Origin: Azolla caroliniana
Taxonomy: Eukaryota > Plantae > Polypodiophyta
Assembly (NCBI GenBank): GCA_043228905.1
Contig: JBHGNT010000013.1
Location: forward strand, 20,336,001-20,400,000
Length of the DNA: 64,000 bases
Reading direction: 5' to 3'
Part shown: in pieces, positions 1-12,031 of the stretch
How the letters are laid out: each line of letters opens with the position of its first letter
How positions within the stretch are numbered: position 1 is the stretch's first letter
The notes under the pieces: generated by a model
Database searches by the model: none
What the model was told of the DNA's origin: nothing
The model's input: the letters and a program-made list of their open reading frames with translations, nothing else
Translations under genes and position numbers: made by a program

Positions 1-1132
1 TCACGCTCTTGACCATATTCAACCATGTCTTGGTTCTAGCCTCTCTGCCCTTCCTAGCTTTACCTCCCCCTTGTTCGGTTAGCTCGGGTTCGGGATCATC
101 CCCTCGGCTCCCCCTGTATCCATCTTCGGCTTCTTCAGCCGACCCGAAGTCGAACTCTTCATCCAACTCAGCCTTCTAGTATCTTCCACTCCTTTCACTA
201 TGTCTCCCCCTTAATTTCGGCACGTCGAGGTGTTGCAAACCAAGCACACTCGAAAATTGCCGCAACTTGTCTAGGCCAAGGGGTTTGGTGAAGATATCAG
301 TAGTCTAATGATCCGTTAGAACATACACCAGGTCAACTTCACAGGAAAGGACTTGCTCACGGACAAAATGATTATGTGCTTGGTCCGGGTGTGGAAGACG
401 GGGTTCTTCGTAAGTTGGATGTTGTTGAGGTTGTCGTAGTAGATTGTTGTCGGATCAGACACCTCCACCTGCATATCCTTCAATAGCCGTTTGAGCCACA
501 TGGCTTCACACGTCGCGATAGCCGCTCCTCGATACTTGGCCTCCGTGCTCGACAACGCAATTGTCAGCTGCTTCTTGCCGCTCTAGGCGATCACGACACT
601 TCCAAGTGAAAATGTGAAGCCTGAAGTAGAGTTGCGATTGTTGGCGTTTCCGGCCCAATCGACCTCTGTGTAGCCGACTAACTATTCGGCAATACCAACC
701 CAATACAACAATCCCCTGTCCTTAGTGCCGCTGACATACCTGAGTATTCGTTACGCGCAATGAAGGTGCTCCACGGTTGGATGCGCCATGAATTGACTAA
801 TCAAGTCGATCGGATAGCTGAGGTTCGGCCGGGTGATGATCAGGTATATAAGGCTTCTGACTATCTCTTGGAACCTTTTCGGGTCGCATGCCGTTCCGGA
901 GTCAGGGCGAACCTTCACATTCTTATCCAGATGAGTTGAGACGGATTTGTATTCCATCATTCTGAACTTGAAGAGATGGTTGATCACTTCGATACCAAGG
1001 AAGTAATGAAGGTCCCCTCGATCCTTCATGTCGAATGATGCCGCTAACAGGGACTTGATGCGACCGATTTCTTCTTGGTCGGCACTAGCGATAACTAAAT
1101 CATCAACGTAAAGCAAAATACTAACCGGCCCA
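1..1132 (-). pseudogene. pol: Copia family A fragment: RT C-terminal half, RNase H and post-RH extension (degenerate)
   Basis: Minus ORFs contain LYVDDL, FDMKDRGDLHYFLGIEV, SSTEAKY...CEAMWL, NPVFHTRTKHI; frameshifted. Confidence 0.9.
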
Positions 1133-1253
1133 CTCCGTCATGAAGCACAAAGACAATTTGATGGCGGTGGATACCTCGAGGTTGAACGAGGTATGGTATC
1201 TCAACCTCGAGGTATTCACTACCATCAAATTGGCTTTGTGCTTCATGACGAAG
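1133..1253. repeat. Fold-back inverted repeat (~52-bp arms, 15-nt spacer) at a rearrangement junction
   Basis: gtcatgaagcacaaagacaatttgatggcggtggatacctcgaggttga (1137-1185) is the near reverse complement of 1201-1249. Confidence 0.85.
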
Positions 1254-1660
1254 GCAGGGCCCGTACCGGTTCATTGTCCACAATTATATACATACGGGAA
1301 TGGGTCAAAGTATAAATTATAATTTCATGTTATTAGTATGGTTACAAGTACACCTCATATTTTTATAAAACTCACCAAAATAATATAAGTCTTTAACTGA
1401 GTGTTTGCCATGTCACACATTAGGGAGATATTGAGCCATTGTTGAATTTTATTATGCCTACATTAACTTATCAACACATCCAAACTTATTTGAATTTCTA
1501 TGTTCCCCACTTAGAGACCTATCATGTATTTTTATATTTGTAAATTCTAATCAAGTTGTGGAACATGTGATACTAGTGCATCCAATTTTTGTAGAGAGGG
1601 TATATTTGGATATTTTCAAGAAGATTCTACAAGTGGAATGCACAATCCTTCCACTTGTGA

Positions 1661-4296
1661 ATGCGAACATGTTATGTGGATTCGGGAGCGGTTTTCGACT
1701 CTAGTATGAACCACATGACGAATCACCAGGACTGGTTCTTGACTCTGGAAAAGCCGGAGCAGCCGGGGGTCGTCGAAACTAGTGATGACACCCCTCACCC
1801 CATTGAACACATTGGAGATGTCCCTCTCAGCCATGTCGTCCAGAAGGGAATCATGAGAAATGTCTTGCGTGTGCCGACAATCACCAAAAATTTGGTGTTG
1901 GTCGGATAGATAGTCAAGCAAAGCATGCTAGTTCAATTTACTAATCTCGGGTGCTCCATAGAAGAGGAAAACAAAATAATCGTGCAAGGGAGCCGAGAAG
2001 GGAGGATGTTCATCCTTGAGACCAATGACGTAGGCACCGCTATGCTTGCAAAGGGCAAAAGGTCGAATCGGATATCGACCTATGGCACAAGTGGTTCGGC
2101 CACGTCAACTTCCCACGGCTTCAAGAGATGCAGACGAAAAACATTGTTTTTGGCTTGCCAAAATTCAGTGGCCTACCAATTAGGGAAGCATCGCCGACTT
2201 CTGTTCGCAAATGAATGAAATCGGAGCCGAAACAAGCTTGATTTAGTCCATTCGGATGTATGGGGACCAACACAAAACGTGAATCTTAGTGGGAGCCGAT
2301 ACATCGTGACTTTCATCGACGATTTCACTCAGCATACCTAGGCATGCACGAAAGAGAAGAAAAGCGAAGTCTTCTCCTGTTTCTTAAAGGTGAAGAGCTT
2401 TGCCGAACAGGAGACAGGTCATAAAATCAAATGTCTCAGAACCGATGGTAGAAATGAGTACATCTCCGACCAGTTCTTGAGTTATCTACAAAAGGAAGGA
2501 ATTCGGCACGAATTCTCCTACATATACACGCTGCAGTAGAACAACGTGGCCGAGCGGAAGAATTAGACAATCAAAGAAGCAGCTAGGGCAATGCTCGAAG
2601 AGAAGCATATGCCGAAATTTTATTGGGCCGAAGCCGTTAAGACGGTTGTTTACCTGCAAAATCAAACTTCTACAAATGGAGAAGTGTCTCCACATGAGTC
2701 GTACTTCGGGAAGAAGCCGAACTTGGCACACGTAAGGGTGTTCGGTAGTATAGCGTATGTACACGTGCCGAAGGAGAAACGAAGGAAGTTAGACACGAAA
2801 GCCGAAAAGTGTATCCTGGTCGACTACTCGGACGAAGAAAAAGGTTATAAATGTTATAACCCCCGAACGAAAGATGTCTGAGTGAGCCAAGATTTCATGT
2901 TCGACGAGTCAGCTTCGTGGTACTTGCCTTCACCACCTACCCCCATGCACTCTATTCCAAATTTTGAGGATGAAGCAAGTGAGGCCGAGATGCCTTTGCG
3001 TAGTGAGGAAATCAGAGCTTTGCGAGAGTCTGATCTCATTTCAGCTAAGTGGCCCAAATGAGGGGCTAAGCCGAGATGGTCAGCCGCGATGATCAGCCGA
3101 GTGAAGAGTTGGCGAGTAGTGAAGACTTGACCTGTAGTCCCCGTGCAAGGAACCGAGGAAACGGTTTACGCGCAAGGACAAGGTCAAGAAGAAGATGCCG
3201 GAGTACGATACCGGCTGTGCCAAGTCAGATTGTAGTGAATATGAATCCGAGCCAATGGAACAGGAACCTCTGAGGAAGAGGTCAAAATCGGTCGAGAAGG
3301 CCGCGAAATCGGCGAATCAAGAATTACGCCAATCCACTTGTCTAAAGAACCCCGTAAAGAGATACATGTATAATGAGTATATGGCGCATCACTACGTGTT
3401 TATGGAAAAGGTGGCTGAAGTGGGTGAGTTGGAGAGCTACGTAGAAGCGGCAAAAGATGCTAATTGGTGTGCCACGATGGAGGAAGATATGCGAGTATTA
3501 TCGGATAATGAGACTTGGCACCTGGTTGACGCACCTCAAGGTGTAAAGCCGATCGGATGCAGATACAAGGCCCAATTAGTGGAAAAGGGCTACGCGCATA
3601 AGCACGACATCGATTACGACGAAACCTTCGTGCCTCTCATGAAGATGACAACCATCCATGTATTACTGGCCGTAGCAGCGACAAAGGGGTGACACTTACA
3701 TCAGATGGACATTGTGAAGAATGTGTTTCTGCAAGGAAACCTTGAGGAACAAGTGTACATGATACAACCCCCCGGATTTCTATCCGAGCGGAACACTTTG
3801 GCAGTTTGCTGATGGAAGAAGTCATTATACAGACTTAAGCAAGCTCCGCGTGCCTGGAACGCGAAAATCACGCAGAGATTGCATAGGATGGGGTTTGCTC
3901 CATCAAAGTCAAACTCTTCATTGTTCATTCGGCCAAGTCGGACCAACCTAATAAGGATATTGCTTTATGTCCATGATTTAATCATCACCGGAGCCGACCT
4001 TGGAGAAATCCGCCATGTAAAGTCTCAGCTTGCGGCATCATTTGAATTGAAGGATCTTGGAGACCTTCATTACTTCCTCGGGATCGAATTGATCCATGCC
4101 CCCGAAGGCGTATTGATCAGCCAACGCCACTACGTGCTCAATATGCTCTTCAAGTTTGGGATAGCGTATTGTAAATCCGTCTCGACCCCTCTGGATAGAA
4201 ATGTGAAGCTTCACCAAGATTCGAGAAAGGCGTGTGACCCGACACGGTTCCGACAGATTGTCGGAAGCCTCATTTACTTGACGATCACTCGAGCGG
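1661..4296 (+). pseudogene. pol: Copia A1 pol: protease, GAG-pre-integrase, integrase, RT N-terminal part (multiple stops/frameshifts)
   Basis: YVDSG..NHMT, HSDVWGP, PKFYWAEAV, KRRKLDTKAEKC..GYKCYNP, DYDETF, FELKDLGDLHYFLGIE; ends at TSD AGCGG (4292-4296). Confidence 0.92.
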
Positions 4297-4732
4297 TGTC
4301 ATGAACAGTACTGAGACAGAGAAGGAATTAGTACTAAACGAAGGATTAGTACTATGAGAGGTGTGGAACTTCTTCGAGAGAAGGAAGAAGTGAGCGAGAT
4401 AGAGAGAAAGAGAGAGAGAGAGAGGGAGAGAGAGTGATGATAAGAAAGATATTTATTATATGAAGAGAATATACAACGGTGGCTAAAAGGCTTAAGACTG
4501 GCGTTGAACCAATTTGGTTCAACATAATGCCTAGTGCCCTCTTTTATAGTGTTTTCAGGAGTAATCCTGAAGCTTCTAGAATGTTCCAGAGAAATCTGGA
4601 ATATACACTAATTTCCTATAATAAAATGTAAATGAAAATAATATCCTACGTATTACAATAGATGGTCTAATGGTCAAGAGCTCGACCCATATAACCTAAG
4701 GTCATGGGTTCGAGTCTTGCCATATCATGACA
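4297..4732 (-). mobile_element. Chromovirus (Tcn1-like) LTR, variant A; 3' LTR of element A
   Basis: TGTCA...TGACA termini; near-identical reverse complement of 11524-11959; PPT AAAGGGGGGATAG adjacent on the minus strand. Confidence 0.95.
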
Positions 4733-5901
4733 CTATCCCCCCTTTAAAACGACGAGTGTCATGAGTCGTCTTGGATTGAGGACCCGGTTTGTGTGGATAT
4801 TGACGATGGAAATCTTCAAGAAGAGCACGAGCATTGGTTACATTCTCGATCGGTTCCCAAGTACGTTCGCTGGGACTATAGCCTAGCCAATCGACTAGAT
4901 AGTAGAGCTTGTTGCGAACAATCTTGGAATCAAGAATGGCGGCAATCTCGTACTCCGGCCCATCTTCAAGCTCGATCGGGGGTGGAGGTTGGATAAGACG
5001 TTCTGGGATGGTGCTCTCGTGGTAGGGTTCGAAGAGAGAACTATGAAACACCGGATGTATCCGAAGTTGAGGAGGTAGATCGAGACGAAAAGCAACATCA
5101 TTAATCTTTCCAATAATACGGAAAGGACCTAATCGCCGATAATCCAACTTCTCACATGGGCGAGTAGTCTTGATGTGTCATCGTAGCAACCACACCCGAT
5201 CTCCAATATTAAAACTAGATGGAAGTCGATGACGATACGCGTAGACCTTGTGTGTTTGTTGAGCTTGCTGGAGATGAGTAGATAAATCCGCTTGTATCTT
5301 GCGTAACCGCTTCAAACGATCCTCCGCGCACGGATTTGTGGACACCTCTGGGGTTTCAAGTACACTCCACCGGGGGTGACATCCCGTATAAGCATAAAAT
5401 GGCGTAACTTTAGTGGATGCGTGGATAGAGTTGTTATAGGCAAATTCGGCGAAGTGGAGAATATCTGCCCAGTCGTCCTGATGATAGCTGAGAAAGCACC
5501 GCAGATACTGCTCCAACGTTTGATTTGTTCGTTCAGCTTGGCCGTCAGTTTGTGGGTGGTAGCCGGAAGAGAGGTTACAAGTGACCTTGAGCATGTTAAA
5601 AAGGTGCTTCCAGAATTTTGACACGAACTGGGGTCCACGGTCGCTGATGATACTATCGGGGAGTCCATGATGCCGACATACTTCACGCATGACAATTTCG
5701 GCAGTGTCTTCATTGGAGATCTCCTTAGTACATGGCAAGAAATGAGCCATCTTCGTATATCGATCGACCACCGTTAGAATCGCATTGAACCCCTTAGAGA
5801 CTGGAAGATCTGTGATGAAGTCTAGAGCAATGGATTGCCACGGCTTGCTTGGAATTGATAATGGTTCTAATAAACCATATGGATGATGCCTTGGCATTTT
5901 T
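4725..5901 (-). pseudogene. pol: Chromovirus element A integrase core and chromodomain
   Basis: WQSIALDFITDLP, ISDRGPQF, YHPQTDGQAER, GPF motif, EYEIAAILDSK...YYLVDWLGYSPSERTWEP chromodomain; one internal stop. Confidence 0.93.
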
Positions 5902-6121
5902 GGGCCCTTGTTGTTGCATCACTACGATGGTTGCTCCGAGTTGTTGCACGCGTAACACAAATTCCCCATGTTGTTGTTGCGTTTACTGCTTTTCTAAGGA
6001 GATTTGCTGAAGATCCCCCAGCAACCGTTGGTTTTCTTGTTCCAAAGCATGGAACTTCTCTTTCAAGCATTGAAATTCCGAGAAAACAGATTGATATTCT
6101 TCAGCGCTAACAGTGGCCATG
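5902..6121 (-). pseudogene. gag: Chromovirus element B gag N-terminal part, fused to element A integrase at an inversion breakpoint
   Basis: Reverse complement of 12032-12250 (MATVSAEEYQ...QQQGP). Confidence 0.9.
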
Positions 6122-6193
6122 GGATGAAAGAAAAGAGGAATAAGAGATTAGTAGGAAATGAGAGAGACAGAAGGTAGGAAAATCGGTTCAAAC

Positions 6194-6627
6194 TGTCAGG
6201 AACAGTACTAAGACAGAGAAGGAATTAGTACTAAAAGAAGTATTAGTAGTAAGAGAGGTGAAGAACTCTCGAGAGAAGGAAAGAGTGAGTGAGAGGGAGG
6301 GAGAGAGAGATCGAGAGAGAGAGAGAGAGAGTGATGATAAGAAAAGATATATATTATGTGAAGAAAATGTACAGTAGCTAGGAGGCTTAAAACTGGCGTT
6401 GAACCGATTTGGTTCGAAATAATGCCTTGTGCCTCCTTTTATAGTGTTCTAAGGAATACTCCTGAAGTTTCTAGAATGTTCCAGAGAAATCTGGAATATA
6501 CATCAATTTTCTATAATAAAACAGAAATGAAAATAATATTTTATGTATTACAATGTATAGTCTAATGGTCAAGAACTCGACCCATGTAGTATAAGGTCAT
6601 GGGTTCGAGTCTTGCCATATCATGGCA
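6194..6627 (-). mobile_element. Chromovirus LTR, variant B; 5' LTR of element B
   Basis: Reverse complement of 20048-20481; flank GTACC (6628-6632) is the reverse complement of GGTAC (20482-20486). Confidence 0.93.
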
Positions 6628-8549
6628 GTACCCTTGGACGGAGACACGCCACAGAGATTGTGGACCGGTAAGGAAGTATCCTACCGGCATCTGAAGGTGT
6701 TCGGGTGTCTCGCGTACGTGCATGTAGCTAAGGACCAGAGAGGAAAGTTAGATCCAAAGACCCGGCCATGCATATTCCTCGGTTACAGTGACGATGAGTT
6801 CGGCTACTGAGTGTGGGACCTGGTCGACAAGAAGGTATTCCGGAGTCGAGATATTATCTTCATGGAGGACAAGACGCTCGCCGACTGGGAGTCGGAGAAG
6901 AAAATAATGAACTCCGAGTCGACCGGTAAGGATCGACTCTACGATGAGCAGACCCAACCGGCAAGAGACCGGTTAGCACTCGAGGGACCAGCCAGAAGAA
7001 GTAGAGGAAGCTGAAACCGGAACCGGCCAAGACCCCGAATCGGATTCGGATGAAGAGCAAATGGAGGAGCCGGTTATCGAAGCCCGAAGACGGAGATATC
7101 CTCTCAGAGAGAGAAGAGCGCCCCGGAGATTTCCGGATGCAGAGCATGTTCTGCTGACCGATGAGGGGGAGCCGGAAAGCTTCGAAGAAACGAAGGATGA
7201 CACCTACAACCGCAAATGGTTAAGTGCCATGCAGGATAAGATGGATTCCGTGCATGAGAACCATATGTACGAATTGGTGGAGTTGCCGAAAGGAAAGCGG
7301 AGAGCCGGATGGTGCAGACCCGGTGAGACAGTGCAACTGTCTTCTGCAGCCTCGACGGCCACGAGACAGCTCCCCTTGCATATGTCATTACATACCCGGA
7401 TGTAGACCGACTGGTATCCATATCAGCCGACATGTCCGAATCGGTGAAACCGTCAAGTTGACGTTTTCCGGAGCCGAATCGGAGACACATATTCGAAGTG
7501 CCCTTCAAATACCGGAGTATCCATTTGACCGCGTTCCAGTGCTCCTTGTCGGGATTGCTCTTAAACCGGCTCACCACTCCAACTGTGTATCCTATATCTG
7601 GTCGGGTACACACCATTGCGTACATTAAGCTCCCGACGGCACAGGCTGGTGGGAGACAGGTTCCTCCGGATGGGAAGGGAGAAGAATAGTGCTGAGAAGA
7701 AACCGTATGAGGAGTACCCGGCTACGGAGAGCCGGATGGTGCAGACCCGGTGAGAACCGGATGAGGAGTACCCGGCTACGGAGAGCCGGATGGTGACGCT
7801 CTCCGTAGACGGGTACTCGTCATACGGTTTCTTCTCAGCACTGTTCTTTTCCCTTCCCATCCGGAGGGACCTGTCTCCCAACAGCCTCTGTCGTCGCGAG
7901 CTTAATGTACGCAATGGTGTGTAGCCGACTAGATATAGGATACACCGTTGGAGTGGTGAGCCGGTTTATGAGCAATCCCGGCAAGGAGCACTGGAACGCG
8001 GTCAAATGGATACTCCGGTATTTGAAGGGCACTTCGAATATGTGTCTCCGATTCAGCTCCGGAAAACGTCAACTTGACGGTTTCACCGATTCGGACATGT
8101 CGGCTGATATGGATACCAGCCGGTCTACATCCGGGTATGTAATGACATATGCAGGGGGAGTTGTCTCGTAGCAGTCGAGGTTGCAGAAGACGGTTGCATT
8201 GTCAACCACGGAGGCGGAGTATATGGCGGCTGTGGAAGCCGGCAAAGAAATATTATGGATGAAGGACTTCATCGGAGAGCTCGGTATCCGGCAAGATGAA
8301 TATCGACTCTATTGCGAGAGTCAAAGTGCCATCCACCTTGCTAAGAATGCGGCCTACCATTCCCGGACGAAGCATATCCAGCGAAGGTATCACTGGATCC
8401 GGGAAAGAGTAGATGACCAGGAGTTCGCACTAACGAAGATCCACACGGCCGAGAACGGGTCAGATATGCTGACCAAAGTTCTGATACCCGACAAGCTGGA
8501 TGCATGCCGGAAGCGGATCAGACTAGTAAGACACCCCATGCCGGAGTGA
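6628..8549 (+). pseudogene. pol: Copia family B 3' pol: integrase C-terminus, RT remnant (most deleted), RNase H
   Basis: LKVFGCLAYVHV..KLDPK, EPESFEE, MYAMVC.R.DI..VGVVSRFM, LSTTEAEYMA, AYHSRTKHI; PPT GAAGGGGGAG at 8548-8557. Confidence 0.9.
7330..8200. repeat. Inverted duplication (~400-bp arms) of an RT/RH segment joined to an LTR start
   Basis: ~7330-7732 is the reverse complement of ~7798-8200; the same peptide appears as ORF 7104..7625(-) and 7905..8171(+). Confidence 0.85.
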
Positions 8550-8559
8550 AGGGGGAGTT

Positions 8560-9246
8560 TGTTGGGAGACAGGTCCCTCCGGATGGGAAGGGAGAAGAAC
8601 AGTGTTGATGAACAGTGCTGAGAAGAAACTGTATGAGGAGTACCCGGCTACGGAGAGCCGGATGGTGCAGACCCGGTGACAACCGGATGAGGAGTACCCG
8701 GCTACGGAGAGCCGGATGGTGCAGACCCGATGAGAACCGGATGAGGAGTACCCGGCTACGGAGAGCCGGATGGTGCAGACCCGGTGAGAACCGGATGAAG
8801 AGACATATTCGTAAATATGTTTCTGAGAGTCCATCATGGCTATATTTGTAAATAGCCGAAAAGTCATATTAGTATAAATATGACTTAGGGCAATCTTTTA
8901 GGTGTGGTTGTCATTCTTGCTTTGTCAAAAGATTATAGTGCGTAACAGTGTATAGAGTGAGAGAGAGAGAGGAAGAGGTTGTTGCCTCTATTGTAACCGC
9001 CGCCTGTGGCGAAGATCGTGAGCACGAGGTCGTTGCCTCCGTGAACTCACTGTTGTACATTCTAACATAGTGATAATTTGCAGCCTGTGGGCTGTCGTGG
9101 TTTTTCCCTAGTTTGGGTTTTCCATGTAAACATCTTGTGTACCCTTCTCCTCTTTGTGTCGTGCTTTTATTTCCCGTTTTCTGTGTATGATTCTAAGCTC
9201 AGTTATGGCCGAGCATTGCGCATAAGGAGCGTTTTAGTTCCCGTCA
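8560..9246 (+). mobile_element. Copia B 3' LTR with three copies of a 54-bp unit
   Basis: TGTTGG...CGTCA; follows PPT; reverse complement of 23226-24074 apart from repeat number. Confidence 0.92.
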
Positions 9247-9794
9247 AAGCGAAAGGGTTATAAATGTTATAACCCCCGAACGAAAGAGGTCTGAGTAAGC
9301 TGAGATGTCATGTTCGACGTGTCGGCTTCGTGGTACTTGCCTTCACTTCCAACCCCCATCCACTCCATTCTAAACTCTGAGGAAGAGGCTAGTGAGGTTG
9401 AGTTGCTAATGGAGGAAGAGGAAATCGAAACTCTAGAAAAGAGTTCGATCTCATTTCAGCTAAGTGGGCCGATTGGGGGACTAAGTCAGAACGACCTGTC
9501 GGATGAGGAGTTGGCGAGTAGTGGAGACTTAGTCATGTTATCCCCACGCAACGAACCAAGGAGATGGCTCACATGGAAGGAAAAAGGAAAGAAGAAGATG
9601 TGGGAATACGACACCAACAAGGACAAGTCAAATCGGAGTGAATCCGACTCTGGAAAGCTTGAAGATGGACCTCTGAAGAAGAGGTCAGAGTCGGCCAAGA
9701 AGGCCATCAAATTGGTAGAGCAGAAATTGCGCCGATCTACACGCAAGAAGAAACCCTAGTTTGATACGGATATAATGAGTACATGGTGCATCAT
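9247..9794 (+). pseudogene. pol: Copia A2 fragment (integrase C-terminus and linker)
   Basis: KGYKCYNPRTK..FDVSASWY...LRRSTR..YNEYMVHH; homologous to 2840-3390; continues 24075-24240(-). Confidence 0.85.
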
Positions 9795-10234
9795 TGTAAA
9801 AGAATATGATGTGTGGAAGCGGGCGTAAAAGGCATAGAGTATACAAATCAGAAACACGACAGTTTAGTTTATTGCCGAGAACACAAAGAATGAGTGAGAT
9901 AGAGATAGAGAGAGCAGACACACAATTCTATTAGAAAGAAATAATGCTTTGTACATACTTCGTGCTCAGTGAGCACTTTTTATACAAGCCCTGACAAGTG
10001 GGCTGACACAAGTACCATTAGTACTTGAATGCTCATAAATGAGCATGACACTAATTCTACGTACAATATTCCTATTTATTGTACTAGGAATATAGTCTAT
10101 TAACGGCCTACCTGAGTCCCTCACCACACGGCTCTCGGTTCTCGGTCCTACGGCCGATTTGGGTCTCCCTGATCGGTCTTCAATCGATTTGGTTTTCGGC
10201 TTCTTTAGCCCATCAACCTGAGTTGAGCTCAACA
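9795..10234 (-). mobile_element. Copia A1 3' LTR
   Basis: Minus strand reads PPT TTGAGGGGGAG then TGTTGAGC...TTTTACA; start resembles 38982. Confidence 0.8.
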
Positions 10235-11523
10235 CTCCCCCTCAAGCTCAACTTGAGGTCCAGTCGTTTCAGCTTCAACTCGTTCGTCACTCCAACGTCC
10301 TTTCTTGGCGCTCCTATGCCTCGCTCACACCCCTTGTCTAGTCTGATTTTGCATACCATGACTCTTCGGGTCTGAAGCTCCTCGATTCGTCATGTTCTGC
10401 GAACTTCGACCTCTATAGTCAACTTGTCTGCTTCCTTGGCCCTTCTCAGCTTCTGCACTGCTACCGTGTAGGCGCCTCTTGACCCGTCGGCTCCTCCATA
10501 TTGGTGTCAACTTCGGTTGCCCTTTTCCAGCGTGGCCCATCGATTCGGCTCTTCCAAATCGAACATTTCGATTGAATCGGTCGAGTCCGATTCACTTCGA
10601 CTCTTTACCGAATCGGTTGACTCGGATTCATCCACTTCTAGACCCTTGACGACATCTGCCCATGTCTTGGTCTGGGTCGTCACTTGGTCGTCTCAGCCAA
10701 CGTTCTTGCGCGTCACAGCTTTTCCTCCCCTTGGTTCGGTTGGCTTTGGCCTCCCCCTACATCTGGCTATCCTATGATTAGCCGATCTTCTTCCATCTGT
10801 CCACACGACCACGACTTCTTTGGCCTGGTTGGACATACCGACTTCTTCAGTATGACGGAATCCAATTCATCATTCGACTCGGCTTTTCAGACTTCGTCTC
10901 TCTCTTCTCCTTCTTCACTCCTCCCCGTCAAGTTCGGCATGTTGATATGTTGGAGGACAAGCATACCCGAAAAATGCCGCAACTTGTCGAGACCAAGAGG
11001 TTTGGTGAAGATATCGGCAACCTGTCAATCAATCGGAAAATGCACTAGTTCGACATGTCCAGAGAAGACTCACTCACGGACAAAATGATAGTGCACCTCG
11101 ATGTGTTTTGTCCGGGGTCAAAGATGGGATTCTTCGCTAATTGGATACTACTCCACATGTAGATCCTGTAATAACATTTTTGGCTATATGACTTCGCATG
11201 TAGCGACAGCCGCCCCTCAATACTCGACCTCCGTGCTCGACAATGCCACTATCGGCTGCTTTTTATTGCTTCATGTGATCGCCACACTTCCCAATGAAAA
11301 TGCATATCCAGATGTTGATCAGCGATGGCCAGCATTTCCGGCCCAATCGGCATCCGTGTAGCCCCTCGACTACTCTTGCCCGATATAGTTGCTCGACTAC
11401 TCTTGCCATGTCCATAGTGTGCCGTTGACATATTGCAATATCCTTTGCATGCATTGAATGTGTTCAGTCTTGGGCTGCGACATGAATTGACTGATCAAGC
11501 TGAACGGGTAACTAAGGTCCGCT
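10235..11523 (-). pseudogene. pol: Copia A1 RT end, RNase H and post-RH extension (inverted continuation of 4296)
   Basis: Minus strand begins AGCGG accttagttaccc (ADLSYP..LISQFM), continuing ...ITR at 4296. Confidence 0.9.
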
Positions 11524-11959
11524 TGTCATGATATGGCAAGACTCGAACCCATGACCTTAGGTTATATGGGTCAAGCTCTTGACCATTAGACCATCTATTG
11601 TAATACATAGGATATTATTTTCATTTACATTTTATTATAGGAAATTAGTGTATATTCCAGATTTCTCTGGAACATTCTAGAAGCTTCAGGATTACTCCTG
11701 AAAACACTATAAAAGAGGGCACTAGGCATTGTGTTGAACCAAATTGGTTCAACGCCAGTCTTAAGCCTTTTAGCCACCGTTGTATATTCTCTTCATATAA
11801 TAAATATCTTTCTTATCATCACTCTCTCTCCCTCTCTCTCTCTCTCTTTCTCTCTGTCTCGCTCACTTCTTCCTTCTCTCGAAGAAGTTCCACACCTCTC
11901 ATAGTACTAATCCTTCGTTTAGTACTAATTCCTTCTCTGTCTCAGTACTGTTCATGACA
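11524..11959 (+). mobile_element. Chromovirus LTR, variant A; 5' LTR of element A
   Basis: TGTCATGA...TCATGACA; TATAAAA at 11708; CT-rich R/U5 region. Confidence 0.95.
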
Positions 11960-12031
11960 GTTTGAACAATTTTCCTACCTTCTGTCTCTCTCATTTCCTA
12001 CTAATCTTTTATTCCTCTTTTCTTTCATCCC

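Noticed and set aside
4655-4732. Functional tRNA gene
   Set aside because: Acceptor, anticodon and T stems do not pair properly; only the promoter boxes and spacing remain
4297-6627. Apparent mini-element encoding only gag-integrase-chromodomain
   Set aside because: It is the reciprocal product of the same inversion, not a TRIM-like family
8635-8800. Regular 54-bp repeats (also 23660-24010) as a CRISPR array or repeat protein
   Set aside because: Head-to-tail units without unique spacers, inside LTRs, with no cas genes; the ORFs arise because the unit length is a multiple of 3
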